DNA of 64,000 bases from an uncultured Candidatus Rokubacteria bacterium (lineage in GTDB: Bacteria > Methylomirabilota > Methylomirabilia > Rokubacteriales > DASRDR01): the NCBI GenBank assembly GCA_963805625.1, contig CAWDVE010000019.1:256001-320000 (forward strand), read 5' to 3'. Positions 1 to 9,757 of the stretch are shown here, piece after piece. Numbering within the stretch: the stretch's first letter is position 1; each line of letters begins with the position of its first letter. Position numbers and translations under genes: made by a program. The notes beneath the pieces were generated by a model that was given only the letters and a program-made list of their open reading frames with translations, searched no databases and was not told the DNA's origin.

Positions 1-316
1 CCTCCCAGCTCTTCGTGATCGCCGCCTGCTTCGCGGCCGCCGCGGCGGCGACGTCCTTCGCCCGGCCCGCGAGCGCGGGCGCCTCGGTCAGGACGGCCTT
101 GTAGTCGCCCTTGGCGAACTTGTCCTTCACCGACGCCAGCGACGCGTCGAGCGTCTGCGCCTGGTCCGGCACCCACTTCGCGGCTTCCGCTTTGACTCCG
201 GCCACCGCGGCCTCGGCCGCCTTGATGGCCTGCTCGGCCGGCGCCTTGTCGCTGGCACATGCCGACAGCAGCACGAGCGCCATCAGGCACAGGATTCCTC
301 TCACACCTCGCATCAT
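1..316 (-). CDS. Putative lipoprotein, Ala/Lys-rich helical; 3' end runs off the window
   Basis: Not in ORF track. Reads MMRGVRGILCLMALVLLSACASDKAPAEQAIKAAEAAVAG... with LSAC lipobox and GGAGG RBS at 319-323; open to base 1. Confidence 0.75.
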   Translation of the reverse strand, partial: MMRGVRGILCLMALVLLSACASDKAPAEQAIKAAEAAVAGVKAEAAKWVPDQAQTLDASLASVKDKFAKGDYKAVLTEAPALAGRAKDVAAAAAAKQAAITKSWE

Positions 317-358
317 TGCCTCCTGGAATCGGGTCGCATGTGGGGATCGATGGCGGGC

Positions 359-568
359 TCAGGGAATGCGGAGGCGCTGGCCGATCTTGATCTTGTCCGG
401 GTCCTTGAGGACGTCTCGGTTCGCCTCGAAGATCTTCGGATAAAGGCTCCCGTCCCCGTAGTAGCGCTCCGCGATCTTCCAGAGCGACTCGCCCTTTGCA
501 ACCTCGTGCCACTGCTCGGCGCTCCACGCGTCGCCGCCACCCGACACCGTGTCCGTCCTGTCGCTCAC
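359..568 (-). CDS. Small LysM-domain protein (like the Kbp/YgaU C-terminus)
   Basis: HEVAKGESLWKIAERYYGDGSLYPKIFEANRDVLKDPDKIKIGQRLRIP is a LysM motif. GTG start at 568 follows GGAGAGGAGG. Confidence 0.85.
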   Translation of the reverse strand: MSDRTDTVSGGGDAWSAEQWHEVAKGESLWKIAERYYGDGSLYPKIFEANRDVLKDPDKIKIGQRLRIP

Positions 569-866
569 AGCCGCCCTCCTCTCCGTTCCGCGGTTATCGT
601 AACGGCGCGCCGTTCCGCGTCGTCTCGCCGCGGCCGGGGCGCCCGCGGCTGACCCGACGGGTCTCCCGGCCCCCACGACCCCTCCTCAGGCTCTGACAGA
701 GGGGCGGCCGGCGCAATACGACCTTGGTCCTACATGGAATCCCTTCCAGGAGGCTCGCCGGCAGGACCTGGCGGAGCGGGGGACGGCCGCGCGGCGTGCT
801 ACGATACGGCGCGTTTCGGGTCGGGTGCAGTGACGCGGTGAAGGACGTCGTCCAAGGAGGTCCAAG

Positions 867-2465
867 ATGAGCGCTTCCCTCGTGGTGACGACCGTGGTCC
901 GGCTCGCCTTCATAACCCTGGTCGCGGCCGTGGCGACGCTGGTGCCAGTGGCAGACGCTGGTGCCCAGGCGCTGGTCGTTGGCGCCAACTTCGTGGTCAA
1001 GAGCCTCGACCCTGCGCGTACGGTGGAGACGACCAGCAACATGGTCAACCACTCCGTCTACGACTCGCTCGTCACGTTCGACGGGGAGGATCTGACCACC
1101 CCCAAGCCCTCGCTGGCCACCGACTGGACCGTGTCGCCTGACGGCAAGACGTACACGTTCCGGCTCCGGCGCAACGTGCGCTTCGCCAGCGGAAACCCGC
1201 TGACGTCCGCGGACGTGAAGTGGTCGCTGGACCGCGTGCGGTACGTCAAGAGCAATCCGGCCTTCTTCCTGAACTCCGTCGAGGACGTCGTCACCCCGGA
1301 CCCCTTCACCGTGGTCCTCAAGCTCAGGGCGCCGAACCCCTCCTTGCTGCCGATCCTGTCGAGCTCCAGCCTGGGCGCGATCGACAGCAAGCTCGTGAGC
1401 CAGAAGGGCGGCGATGCCAGCCCCGACGCGAAGGACAAGGACAAGGCGGAGCCCTTCTTGCTCGCGCAGTCGGCCGGCACGGGCGCCTACGTCGTGGAGC
1501 GCTACGTCCCCGACCAGGAGATCGTGCTGGTGCGGAACCCGAACCACTGGCGCGGCGCGCCGAAGCTCGAGCGCATCGTGATCCGCAACATCACGGAGCC
1601 GGCCGCCCAGAAGCTCCAGCTCGAGCGGGGCGACCTCGACATCGCCACCGGGCTCGACCAGGACCAGATGCGCGCACTCCGCAACGCGCCCGGGGTCACC
1701 GCCAAGGCGAGCCCGGCCGCCACGACCTTCTACGTCCTGATGAACGCCGACCCGCAGATCGGCGGTGCCTTCGCGAATCCCAAGGTCCAGCAGGCGGTGC
1801 GCTACGCCCTCGACTACGACGGCATCCTGGCGCTGGCCGGGCCGGGCGCCGTCCGGCTGGCCGGGGTCATCCCCACGGTCTTCACGGGCGCGATGGATCC
1901 GCGCCAGGGTGCCCGCACCGACCGCGACCGCGCTCGCGCGCTCCTGAAGGAAGCGAACCTGGGCGAGGTGAAGGGTGCCCTCACCTACGCGAGCGACTCG
2001 ACCATCTTCGGTGTCCAGATGAACCTGCTCGCCCAGAAGATCCAGGCCGACCTCGCCGCGGTGGGGATCGGGATCGCGCTCAACGGGCTGCCCCGGGCGA
2101 CCGCCCTCCAGCTCTACCGGGACGGCAAGAATCAGGTGGGGGCGTGGAGCTGGGCGGCCGACTACCCCGACGGCCAGAACTTCCTCGTGTACGCGCCGGG
2201 CCGGACGGTCGGGAAGCGCGCGGGGTGGCTGCCGGAGTCGAGCCCGGAGGCGCGGGAGCTTGCCCAGATCGCGGCCGACGCCGAGGCGGAGCGGGATCCC
2301 GCGAAGAGCGCCGGCCTCTACCGGAAGCTCGACGAACGGTTGGCCCAGATCGGGCCCTACGCGCCGCTCTTCCAGCCTGCGGTACCCTATGCCTTCCGCT
2401 CCAACGTGCAGGGCGTGACGTTCAGCAGCGTGTGGGGCGTGGATTTCTGGACGGTGAGCAAGTAA
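867..2465 (+). CDS. ABC transporter substrate-binding protein, family 5 (Dpp/Opp type)
   Basis: Signal peptide; SLDPA, LATDWTVSPDGKTYTFRLR, AGTGAY, NPKVQQAVRYALD motifs; AAGGAGG RBS. Confidence 0.93.
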   Translation: MSASLVVTTVVRLAFITLVAAVATLVPVADAGAQALVVGANFVVKSLDPARTVETTSNMVNHSVYDSLVTFDGEDLTTPKPSLATDWTVSPDGKTYTFRLRRNVRFASGNPLTSADVKWSLDRVRYVKSNPAFFLNSVEDVVTPDPFTVVLKLRAPNPSLLPILSSSSLGAIDSKLVSQKGGDASPDAKDKDKAEPFLLAQSAGTGAYVVERYVPDQEIVLVRNPNHWRGAPKLERIVIRNITEPAAQKLQLERGDLDIATGLDQDQMRALRNAPGVTAKASPAATTFYVLMNADPQIGGAFANPKVQQAVRYALDYDGILALAGPGAVRLAGVIPTVFTGAMDPRQGARTDRDRARALLKEANLGEVKGALTYASDSTIFGVQMNLLAQKIQADLAAVGIGIALNGLPRATALQLYRDGKNQVGAWSWAADYPDGQNFLVYAPGRTVGKRAGWLPESSPEARELAQIAADAEAERDPAKSAGLYRKLDERLAQIGPYAPLFQPAVPYAFRSNVQGVTFSSVWGVDFWTVSK

Positions 2466-2478
2466 GCAGGGTCTCGAC

Positions 2479-3505
2479 CTGACGAGCTTCCGGCTGTTCG
2501 TCGCCCGCCGGCTTCTCCTGCTGGGGCCGATGCTCGTCGGCATCACCCTCCTCACCTTCCTCCTGTCGCACGCGGTCCCCGCCGACCCGGTCACCGCGAG
2601 CCTAGGAGAGCAGGCCGCGGCTGACCCGGCGGTCGTGGCGGCGTTCCGGCGCGAGTGGGGGCTCGACCGCTCGCTCCCCGAGCAGTACGGCATCTACCTC
2701 TGGAACCTGGTCCGCGGGAACTTCGGCGTGTCCATCTCGACCCGCCAGCCGGTCTGGCTCGACCTCCGTCAGACCTTCCCGGCGACGATCGAGCTGGCCG
2801 TCGTCGCCATGAGCCTGAGCATCCTCGTCGGGATCCCTCTCGGGCTGCATCTCCGCGGTGAAGCGCGACCGCCTCGTCGACCAGTTGACGCGCGTGGTCT
2901 CGCTGGTGGGCGTCTCCATGCCGATCTTCTGGCTGGGGCTCGTGGCGCTGCTCGTCTTCTACGCGCGGCTCGGCTGGGCACCGCCGCCGGGGCGGCTCTC
3001 GGCCATGCTCGCGGCGCCGCCGATGGTCACGGGCTTCCTCCTCATCGACTCGCTCCTGGCGGGCCGGCCCGCGGTCGCGCTCGACGCCGTCCGCCACCTG
3101 GTCTTGCCGGCTGCCGTTCTCTCGACCTACAACCTCGGCATCCTGGCCCGCCTGATGCGGGGGAGCTTGCTCGACGTCCTCGGCGAGGACTACGTCCGGA
3201 CGGCCCGGGCCAAGGGGCTCGCGGAGGGGGCCGTGACGCTCCGCCACGCGGCGCGGAACGCGCTGATCCCCGTGGTGACGGTCATCGGGCTGAGCTTCGG
3301 GCGCCTCCTGTCGGGGGCCGTCATCATCGAGAGCGTCTTCGCCTGGCCGGGCCTCGGCCTCTACGCCTTCCGCACCGCGACCTCGCTCGACTTCCCGGCG
3401 ATCATGGGCGTCGGGATCGTCGTGGCCACGGTGTACGTCTGCGCCAACCTGCTGGTCGACGTCGCGTATGCCCTCATCGACCCCCGCATCCAGGTGGGAC
3501 AGTGA
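2479..3505 (+). pseudogene. DppB/OppB-type ABC permease, frameshifted near 2847
   Basis: N-half (ADPV...GLDRSLPEQY...TFPATIELA) is in the 2530 frame; C-half (SMPIFWLG, EDYVRTARAKG) is in the 2858 frame. One extra base in CTGCATCTCC. Start approximate. Confidence 0.8.
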
Positions 3506-4311
3506 AGACGTCCGCGCTCGCGGCGACGGCCTTCGCGGTCGTTGCGCTCTGGCTCGTGCTGGCCGCGGCGGCGCCGCTCCTCGCGCCCTACGAGCCGCTG
3601 CGCCAGGACATCGTGGGCCGCCTCGCCCCGCCGAGCGGGGACCACTGGCTCGGGACCGACGCGCTCGGCCGGGACATCCTGAGCCGCATCCTGCACGGTG
3701 CCCGCATCTCCATCCCCGTCGGCCTGGCCGCGGTGATCCTGGCCGCGCTCCTCGGGGCGCTGGTGGGCGGGCTGGCCGGCTTCGTCGGCCGGCGACTCGA
3801 CGACGTCGCGATGCGGGTGACCGACCTCATGCTGGCCTTTCCGACCGTCATCCTGGCCCTCGTCATCACCGCGGCGCTTGGGGTCGGCATCCGAAACGCG
3901 GTGATCGCCATCATGGTTGCGTGGTGGCCGACGTATGCCCGGCTCGTCCGCGGCCTCGTGCTGGCCGTGCGCGAGCGCGAGTACGTCCAGGTCGCCTACG
4001 CGCTGGGGGCCTCGGACGGGCGCGTCCTCTGCCGGTACATCGCGCCGAACGTGGCCTCGTCGATCGTCGTCCTGACGACGCTCGATGTGGGCCACGCGAT
4101 CCTGACGTTCGCGTCGCTCTCGTTCCTCGGGCTCGGACCCCCGCCCGAGGTGCCGGAGTGGGGGTCGATGATCGCCGCCGGCCGGAACTACCTGGACCAG
4201 TGGTGGATCGCGACGTTCCCGGGGCTGGCTATCCTGAGCCTGACAATCGCGTTCAACGTCGTGGGCGACAGCCTCCGAGACTTCCTGGATCCCCGCCTCC
4301 GCAAGCTGTGA
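3502..4311 (+). CDS. DppC/OppC-type ABC permease
   Basis: HWLGTDALGRDILSR, EREYVQVAYALGA, SLSFLGLG, PEWGSMI motifs; GTG start overlaps the upstream TGA (GTGA). Confidence 0.9.
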   Translation: MKTSALAATAFAVVALWLVLAAAAPLLAPYEPLRQDIVGRLAPPSGDHWLGTDALGRDILSRILHGARISIPVGLAAVILAALLGALVGGLAGFVGRRLDDVAMRVTDLMLAFPTVILALVITAALGVGIRNAVIAIMVAWWPTYARLVRGLVLAVREREYVQVAYALGASDGRVLCRYIAPNVASSIVVLTTLDVGHAILTFASLSFLGLGPPPEVPEWGSMIAAGRNYLDQWWIATFPGLAILSLTIAFNVVGDSLRDFLDPRLRKL

Positions 4312-4372
4312 GGGCGTAACCGGGGCCGGCGACCCTCACCGGCGGCGTAGCTCCGTCGCCACGGTCCGCGTT

Positions 4373-4579
4373 CTAGGCAGGCTGGGTGCGCTCCGCGGGG
4401 ACCTCGACTCGCTTGACACCCTTGAAGCTGAAGAGCAGCTCGACGAGGTAGGTGGGCGGGTCGGCGGACGTCTGCCGGACGATGGTCCCCAGGGCTTCGC
4501 GGACGTTCTGGCTGAACGCGACGCCCTGCACCACCATGCCCGAGAGGTTGACCTTGACGCGCTGGTCTGGAGCAAGCAT
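4373..4579 (-). CDS. Small hypothetical protein (68 aa, beta-rich)
   Basis: Protein-like composition; begins 5 bp after the stop of the TPR gene on the same strand. Confidence 0.6.
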   Translation of the reverse strand: MLAPDQRVKVNLSGMVVQGVAFSQNVREALGTIVRQTSADPPTYLVELLFSFKGVKRVEVPAERTQPA

Positions 4580-4584
4580 TCGTG

Positions 4585-4914
4585 TCAGGGGCCGGGCGAC
4601 CCGAGGCGACGGAGGAACACCTCCATCTCCTTCTTCGTCTGGAGATCCCCGTTCCGCGTAGCCACCTCGAGCCCACGGGCGTAAGCGGCCTTCGCCTCGT
4701 CGAGCTGCCCGGCCCGCTCGAGGGAGCGCCCGAGCCCCCGGTACGCCGCCGAGTAGTCGGACTTCAGGCGAATGGCCTCGCGATATTCCGCGATGGCGCT
4801 CTCGGCCTGCCCCGCGTCCAGGTACGCGCCGGCGAGGCCGAAGCGGACATCGGGATCCTCGGGCATGAGCTCGAGGACCTCCTTGAACTCGGCGATCCGA
4901 TCTTGCTCGGTCAT
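4585..4914 (-). CDS. Tetratricopeptide-repeat protein
   Basis: RFGLAGAYLDAGQAESAIAEYREAIRLKSDYSAAYRGLGRSLERAG TPR pattern; start taken at MTEQ. Confidence 0.85.
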   Translation of the reverse strand: MTEQDRIAEFKEVLELMPEDPDVRFGLAGAYLDAGQAESAIAEYREAIRLKSDYSAAYRGLGRSLERAGQLDEAKAAYARGLEVATRNGDLQTKKEMEVFLRRLGSPGP

Positions 4915-4930
4915 GCCGCTTCTGTGCGGC

Positions 4931-5353
4931 TCACTGCCCAAACATCTTGCGAAGGTTCTCGAAGCCGGCCTCGTAGATGCCGCGGATCACTTTGACCGCC
5001 TCGGGTTCGGAGGCACCCGCCGGCTCGAACGAGCTGGACCACTCGACCCTGCAACTCTTCCCGTCCTTGTTCTCCTCCACGTGGAGAGTCGCCCTGTAAC
5101 CGGCGACCGGCAGCGGCCCCTGGAGGATCGAGTACGAGTACGTTCGCTTCTTGTCGTCCTTGCCCTCGAGCCGCTCCACGATACTGCCGCCACCGTGGAG
5201 CGTGAGGCGGCGGACCGTGGCCGCGCCCTCCTTCGCTTCGTCGCTCTTGGCGACGGCGGGGTGCCACTTGGCGAGGCTGTTGAAGCCTCCGATCGCATCC
5301 CACACCGTGCGCGCCGGGACGGGGAGCGTGGTGGACAGGCTCACCTTGGCCAT
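4931..5353 (-). CDS. SRPBCC (polyketide cyclase/dehydrase 2) family protein
   Basis: VWDAIGGFNSLAKWHP, RTYSYSILQGPLPV, VEWSSSF motifs; GGAGG RBS. Confidence 0.9.
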   Translation of the reverse strand: MAKVSLSTTLPVPARTVWDAIGGFNSLAKWHPAVAKSDEAKEGAATVRRLTLHGGGSIVERLEGKDDKKRTYSYSILQGPLPVAGYRATLHVEENKDGKSCRVEWSSSFEPAGASEPEAVKVIRGIYEAGFENLRKMFGQ

Positions 5354-5616
5354 GGGCAGTCCTCCGTTGCGGGTGATGGAGAGATCTTACCGTCACCACA
5401 GAAGCCACCGAGAGTCCTGGCGAGAGATTGTGTGGAACCAAATCGCTCTTGCTCCTCTGGGGCCGCACCGCCGGTTCGAGAGGAGTGGCATCGATGCTAT
5501 CCACTGGCGGAAGGGCCGTCAAGCGACGGGCGCCGTGATCACGATCCCCCAGTCGAGGCGCACGGACCCGATCCCGCGCCCCCGTCTCGATCGCGCCGAG
5601 ATGAAGAAGTGCGCCG

Positions 5617-5950
5617 TCAGCCGGGAGCGTCGCCCGGCCAGGGGGTGTGGAGGAGCGTGTACTCGCCGATCGTCCGCTCGCCCGTCGCGTTGATGCCGTA
5701 GAGGCGGATCCTCGCCCGGTTGGCCGGGAGGGCCCGGATCACCTCACCAGGCTCCGCGAAGGTCAGCTCTCCGCGCTCGAGATCCACCGGGACGCCCACC
5801 CATCGCTCGTCCAGGGCGCCCGGCGCGTCGAGGAAGACCAGGTCGACCTGCTCGTCGGCGCGGATGGCGGTGCGCTGTTGCGGGCCCTGGCAGGCGCGAT
5901 CGAGCGCTGACTGGTCGATCGCGGGCCCCGGTGGTGGCTGTCCGAAAGCA
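5617..5950 (-). pseudogene. Probable 3' remnant of a hypothetical gene
   Basis: Protein-like frame (...DEQVDLVFLDAPGALDERWVGVPVDLERGELTF...GEYTLLHTPW) extends upstream of the track's GTG at 5799 with no start codon. Confidence 0.4.
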
Positions 5951-5956
5951 CAGGTC

Positions 5957-6481
5957 TCAGAACCCCCAGCGGGTGGCCGCGTCGACGAAGCGCTTCTCGT
6001 ACATCCCGAACGCTACCCGCGGGCGTACCGCGTAGATCGGTCCCATCTCGGGATCGAGCTTCCAGGGCTTGTACTTGGTGTGATACGGCCGGGCGAGCCG
6101 CGCCTGCAGCTTCTTGTCCGTGACTTTCTCGGCGACGCCTTCCACGATCACGGCCTCGTCGGCAAGCTCGCTGCACACGACGCAGCTCGCGTTCAGCGCC
6201 AGGTTCCGCGCCTTGCGCGATTCACGCCCCGTGCTGAAGTAAAACGCCCCGTCGACCCAGATGCCCCACACGGGCATCGCGTGCGGCCGTCCGTTCGGAC
6301 GCACCGAGATCAGCCAGTAGTTGTGTGACCTGGCCAGCCGTCGCTCGGCCCAGACCCACGGCAGGAGCCCCCTGTCGGTCTTCGGCAGCCCGTAGCCGGG
6401 CATGTGGGGACGCTCGGCCCTCGGCGTGATGCCGCGGCGGTGGCTGCTCTTCCTCCGTTGGGGGCGCTTTGGAGTGGACAT
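5957..6481 (-). CDS. Pyridoxamine 5'-phosphate oxidase-like (split-barrel flavin/F420-binding) protein
   Basis: YWLISVRPNGRPHAMPVWG, YFSTGRESRKARNL motifs. Confidence 0.88.
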   Translation of the reverse strand: MSTPKRPQRRKSSHRRGITPRAERPHMPGYGLPKTDRGLLPWVWAERRLARSHNYWLISVRPNGRPHAMPVWGIWVDGAFYFSTGRESRKARNLALNASCVVCSELADEAVIVEGVAEKVTDKKLQARLARPYHTKYKPWKLDPEMGPIYAVRPRVAFGMYEKRFVDAATRWGF

Positions 6482-6769
6482 CTCGCGTCACGGGCAAGCT
6501 CACGCTAGCTTCCATGGCTTCGTCAAGTGCCTACACGGAGGGGTGCGGCCCGAGCCGGGGGGTGATCGCCTCATCGCGATCATCACCAGCGAAATCCCTG
6601 TGCGTCGGAGATTGCCTCCAGGCCCGATTGTCGCTGCGATTCGGCGACGTTGACGCCGACCTCCCGGGCCATCTGACCTTGGCGGCGCCTTGCGTGGCCT
6701 CAGGAATCGCGTCATGCTCAGGTGAGCCAGATCAACGGAGTCGAGCGCGTCGGGAACGGGGGGCTTGCG

Positions 6770-7861
6770 ATGCCAGTTCCGGAAGAACGTGTGGGCTTCG
6801 ACGCGGCGAAGGCAGAGGCGTTTGCCGGACGGCTCCTGGACACGCTCAACCTCGGCGCGGTCTGCCTCATGATCTCGGTGGGCTACCGTACCGGCCTGTT
6901 CGATGCCCTGCAGGGCCTCCCGCCGGCTACCTCGGGTGAGATCGCCGCTCGGGCTGGACTCAACGAGCGCTACGTTCGCGAATGGCTGGGAGCGATGGCG
7001 ACCGCGCGTGTCCTTGAGGTGGAACCGGGCGCTGAGTGCTTCCGACTTCCGGCGGAGCACGCGGCCGTCCTCACCCGGGCCGCCGCGGCGGACAACATGG
7101 CCGTGTTCGCCCAGTATATCGGGCTGCTCGGGAGTGTCGAGGACGACATCGTCGAGTGCTTCCGGCATGGGGGTGGAGTGCCGTACGCACGGTTCCCCCG
7201 GTTCCACGCGGTCATGGAAGAGGACAGCGGGCAATCGGTGCTGTCCTCCCTCGAGTCCCACGTCCTGCCCCTCGTGCCTGACTTGACCCGAAGCCTCGAG
7301 CGTGGAGTGCGGGTCCTCGACGTCGGGTGCGGTCGCGGGCGCATCCTGACCCGGCTGGCCGGGCTCTACCCGAACAGCCGCTTCACGGGCATGGACCTTT
7401 CAACCGAGGCTATCGAGTTCGCTCGAAACCAGGCGGCCGCCAAGGGGCTCCACAACCTCGACTTCGTCGTGAGAGACCTGAGCGACTTCGACGAGACCGC
7501 GGAGCCCGCCGCCTTCGACGTCGTCACCACGTTCGATGCGGTACACGACCAGGCGCACCCGCTTCGCGTGCTGCGGGGCATCCATCGCACGCTCGCGCCC
7601 ACGGGTCTCTATCTCATGCAGGACATCCGGGGATCGAGCGTTGTGTCCGGAAACCTCGAGCATCCGCTCGGCCCGCTGCTCTATACGATCTCCTGCATGC
7701 ACTGCATGACGGTCTCGCTGGCGCAGGGCGGCGAGGGTCTGGGCGCGATGTGGGGCGAAGAGAAGACCTGCGAGTACCTGGAGCGTGCCGGCTTTCGCTC
7801 GATCGAGACGCACCGGCTCGTCCACGACGTCCAGAACAACTGGTACGTCGTGAGGAAGTAG
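6770..7861 (+). CDS. Class I SAM-dependent methyltransferase with N-terminal winged helix (Rv2258c-like)
   Basis: GLNERYVREWL, VLDVGCGRG, FDAVHDQA, LYTISCMHCMTVSLAQGGEGLG motifs. Confidence 0.9.
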   Translation: MPVPEERVGFDAAKAEAFAGRLLDTLNLGAVCLMISVGYRTGLFDALQGLPPATSGEIAARAGLNERYVREWLGAMATARVLEVEPGAECFRLPAEHAAVLTRAAAADNMAVFAQYIGLLGSVEDDIVECFRHGGGVPYARFPRFHAVMEEDSGQSVLSSLESHVLPLVPDLTRSLERGVRVLDVGCGRGRILTRLAGLYPNSRFTGMDLSTEAIEFARNQAAAKGLHNLDFVVRDLSDFDETAEPAAFDVVTTFDAVHDQAHPLRVLRGIHRTLAPTGLYLMQDIRGSSVVSGNLEHPLGPLLYTISCMHCMTVSLAQGGEGLGAMWGEEKTCEYLERAGFRSIETHRLVHDVQNNWYVVRK

Positions 7862-7882
7862 GTCCCGCCCGCTCCGCGGGTG

Positions 7883-9139
7883 CTACGCGCGGCGGTCGAC
7901 GACGACCCGGCCCTCCCGCATCACGACGAGGAGGCGCGCCGGATCCTGGAGGACGCGCACGTCACGATCCGGCTCGCCCTCGACGACGAGCAGGTCGGCG
8001 AGCTTGCCGGGCTCGAGGGTGCCCAGGCGGTCCCCCGCGCCCAGCGCCTCGGCGGCGTTCCGCGTCGCGGTCAGCAGCGCCTGTTCCGGCGACAGACCGC
8101 GCTCCACCATCAGCTCGAGCTCGTAGGCGTTCTGCCCCCAGTAGTCGCGGAGGGACCGGTAGGTGTCCGTCCCGAGCGCCATCCGCACCCCGGTCTCGGA
8201 CGCCCGCCGGAACCACTGGTCGCCCACCGCGGCGACGTGCTGATACTTGCGGACGACGTCGGCGGGTGCACGGCCGGCCGCCCGCCCCGTCCTTGCTCGT
8301 TCGGAGCGAATCGAGATGGTCGGTACCATGAACGCGCCCTTCTCCAGGAACAGGGCGAGGCATTCCTCGTCGAGCTCGGTGCCGTGCTCGATCGTATCGA
8401 CGCCGGCCCGGAGCGCCCGCTTCGTGGCCTCCGCGGTGTGGCTGTGGACGGCCACCCGCTTGCCGACCGCGTGCGCCTCATCGACGAGGGCGGCGAGCTC
8501 CTCGGCCGTGTAGTTCCGCCACCAGAGCTCCTCTTTGTGGCCGGCGGCCCCGCCCGACGCGGACGTCTTGAAGAGGTCGACGCCCAACCGGATCTCGGCA
8601 CGCACCAGCCGGCGCACCGCCCATGGCCCATCGGCGTACACCGACTCGTCCCGCGGCCAGGCGTCCGGGAGCGGGAGGTCGGAATGGCCGCCCGTCTGCC
8701 CCACCCAGCCGGCAACGAAGATGCGCGGGCCGGGCACGAGCCCGATCGCGATCGCGCGCCGGAGGGCCAGCACCTCGAGATTGAGAGGATTGATGGGGCC
8801 GGCCAGGTCGCGCACGGTGGTGAAGCCCGCCTCGAGCATGAGCCGCGCGTTCTTCGCGGCGTGGAGCGTGAGGAGCTGGGTGCGGGCGCCCACCTCGGCC
8901 CAGATCGCGTTCGGCTCATCGGGGTCGACCACGCTGACGAGGTGGACGTGGAGATCCATGAGGCCGGGCATCACGGTGGCTGCGCCGGCGTGAAGGCGCG
9001 GGCCGGACCAGCTGGCGCACTCGGCCGCGGGCGCCACGCGCTCCACGCGGCCATCCCGGATCACCAGCGCCATCTCTCGCCGGGCGCTGGCCCCGGTCCC
9101 GTCCCAGAGGCGTCCGGCCACCAGAAGGAGGTCGTTCAT
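7883..9139 (-). CDS. Metal-dependent amidohydrolase (Xaa-Pro dipeptidase-like subgroup)
   Basis: PGLMDLHVH, GFTTVRD, TIEHG, ALGTD, GKLADLLVV motifs. Start could be further upstream (9184 or 9196). Confidence 0.9.
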   Translation of the reverse strand: MNDLLLVAGRLWDGTGASARREMALVIRDGRVERVAPAAECASWSGPRLHAGAATVMPGLMDLHVHLVSVVDPDEPNAIWAEVGARTQLLTLHAAKNARLMLEAGFTTVRDLAGPINPLNLEVLALRRAIAIGLVPGPRIFVAGWVGQTGGHSDLPLPDAWPRDESVYADGPWAVRRLVRAEIRLGVDLFKTSASGGAAGHKEELWWRNYTAEELAALVDEAHAVGKRVAVHSHTAEATKRALRAGVDTIEHGTELDEECLALFLEKGAFMVPTISIRSERARTGRAAGRAPADVVRKYQHVAAVGDQWFRRASETGVRMALGTDTYRSLRDYWGQNAYELELMVERGLSPEQALLTATRNAAEALGAGDRLGTLEPGKLADLLVVEGEPDRDVRVLQDPARLLVVMREGRVVVDRRA

Positions 9140-9214
9140 CGCGACGTCGGGTCGCAGTGGGTCGCGGGACGCGGCGTCTAGCATCGGTGTCACCACATCG
9201 CGGGTCTGGGCACC

Positions 9215-9559
9215 CTAGCCCCAGAAGATTCCAGTTGGGTCGGCAGCGACCTCATCTAGCAATCTCTTGAGGCTCGGTGCTGCCGGCAGAGCCTCGTAGG
9301 AGTGCCAACGGCGATCACGGTGCTGACAGTACAACCGCCAGAGCCTCTGCGTTCCAACGTATCTGAACTTCGCAACGACCATCTCCTGCCATTCGTGGGG
9401 AAGTTGAAACGCTGGCCGCTCTTCAAATAGGACGGCTTCCGTGCCCTTGATGCGGAAGCCGACACGTACCTTGTCGCGGGCGCTGGGAGGCACGCGCGCG
9501 TCGCAGAACGCGCCGAGGCGCCGGCTCACTTCAGCTTGCTGGATCTGGGATAGCGCCAT
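9215..9559 (-). CDS. DUF3024-domain protein
   Basis: VAKFRY...WRLY...RWHSY...DPTGIFWG signature; GAAGGA RBS; more AT-rich than neighbours. Confidence 0.85.
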   Translation of the reverse strand: MALSQIQQAEVSRRLGAFCDARVPPSARDKVRVGFRIKGTEAVLFEERPAFQLPHEWQEMVVAKFRYVGTQRLWRLYCQHRDRRWHSYEALPAAPSLKRLLDEVAADPTGIFWG

Positions 9560-9757
9560 GTTGTCGATCCTTCATATCGAGACAGTTCGCACACTCGGCC
9601 GGGCTCGCCGTCACGAGAGGGCACGATCACGAGCGCCATGTCTCCCCGGGCGCCGGCTAGCATCGGCCGCTAGCTTGCCTCACGTGGGAATCGCGCCACA
9701 AGGCTCTGCCAGGCTCTGGCAGGGGGCGCGGGCGCGAGCCGGCATCGTGCATTGGCG

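Noticed and set aside
2530-4311. 593-aa ORF as a natural DppB-DppC fusion
   Set aside because: Its middle part is off-frame sequence produced by the frameshift near 2847.
9215-9757. Integron cassette origin of the DUF3024 gene
   Set aside because: No attC-like RYYYAAC...GTTRRRY structure and no integrase seen.
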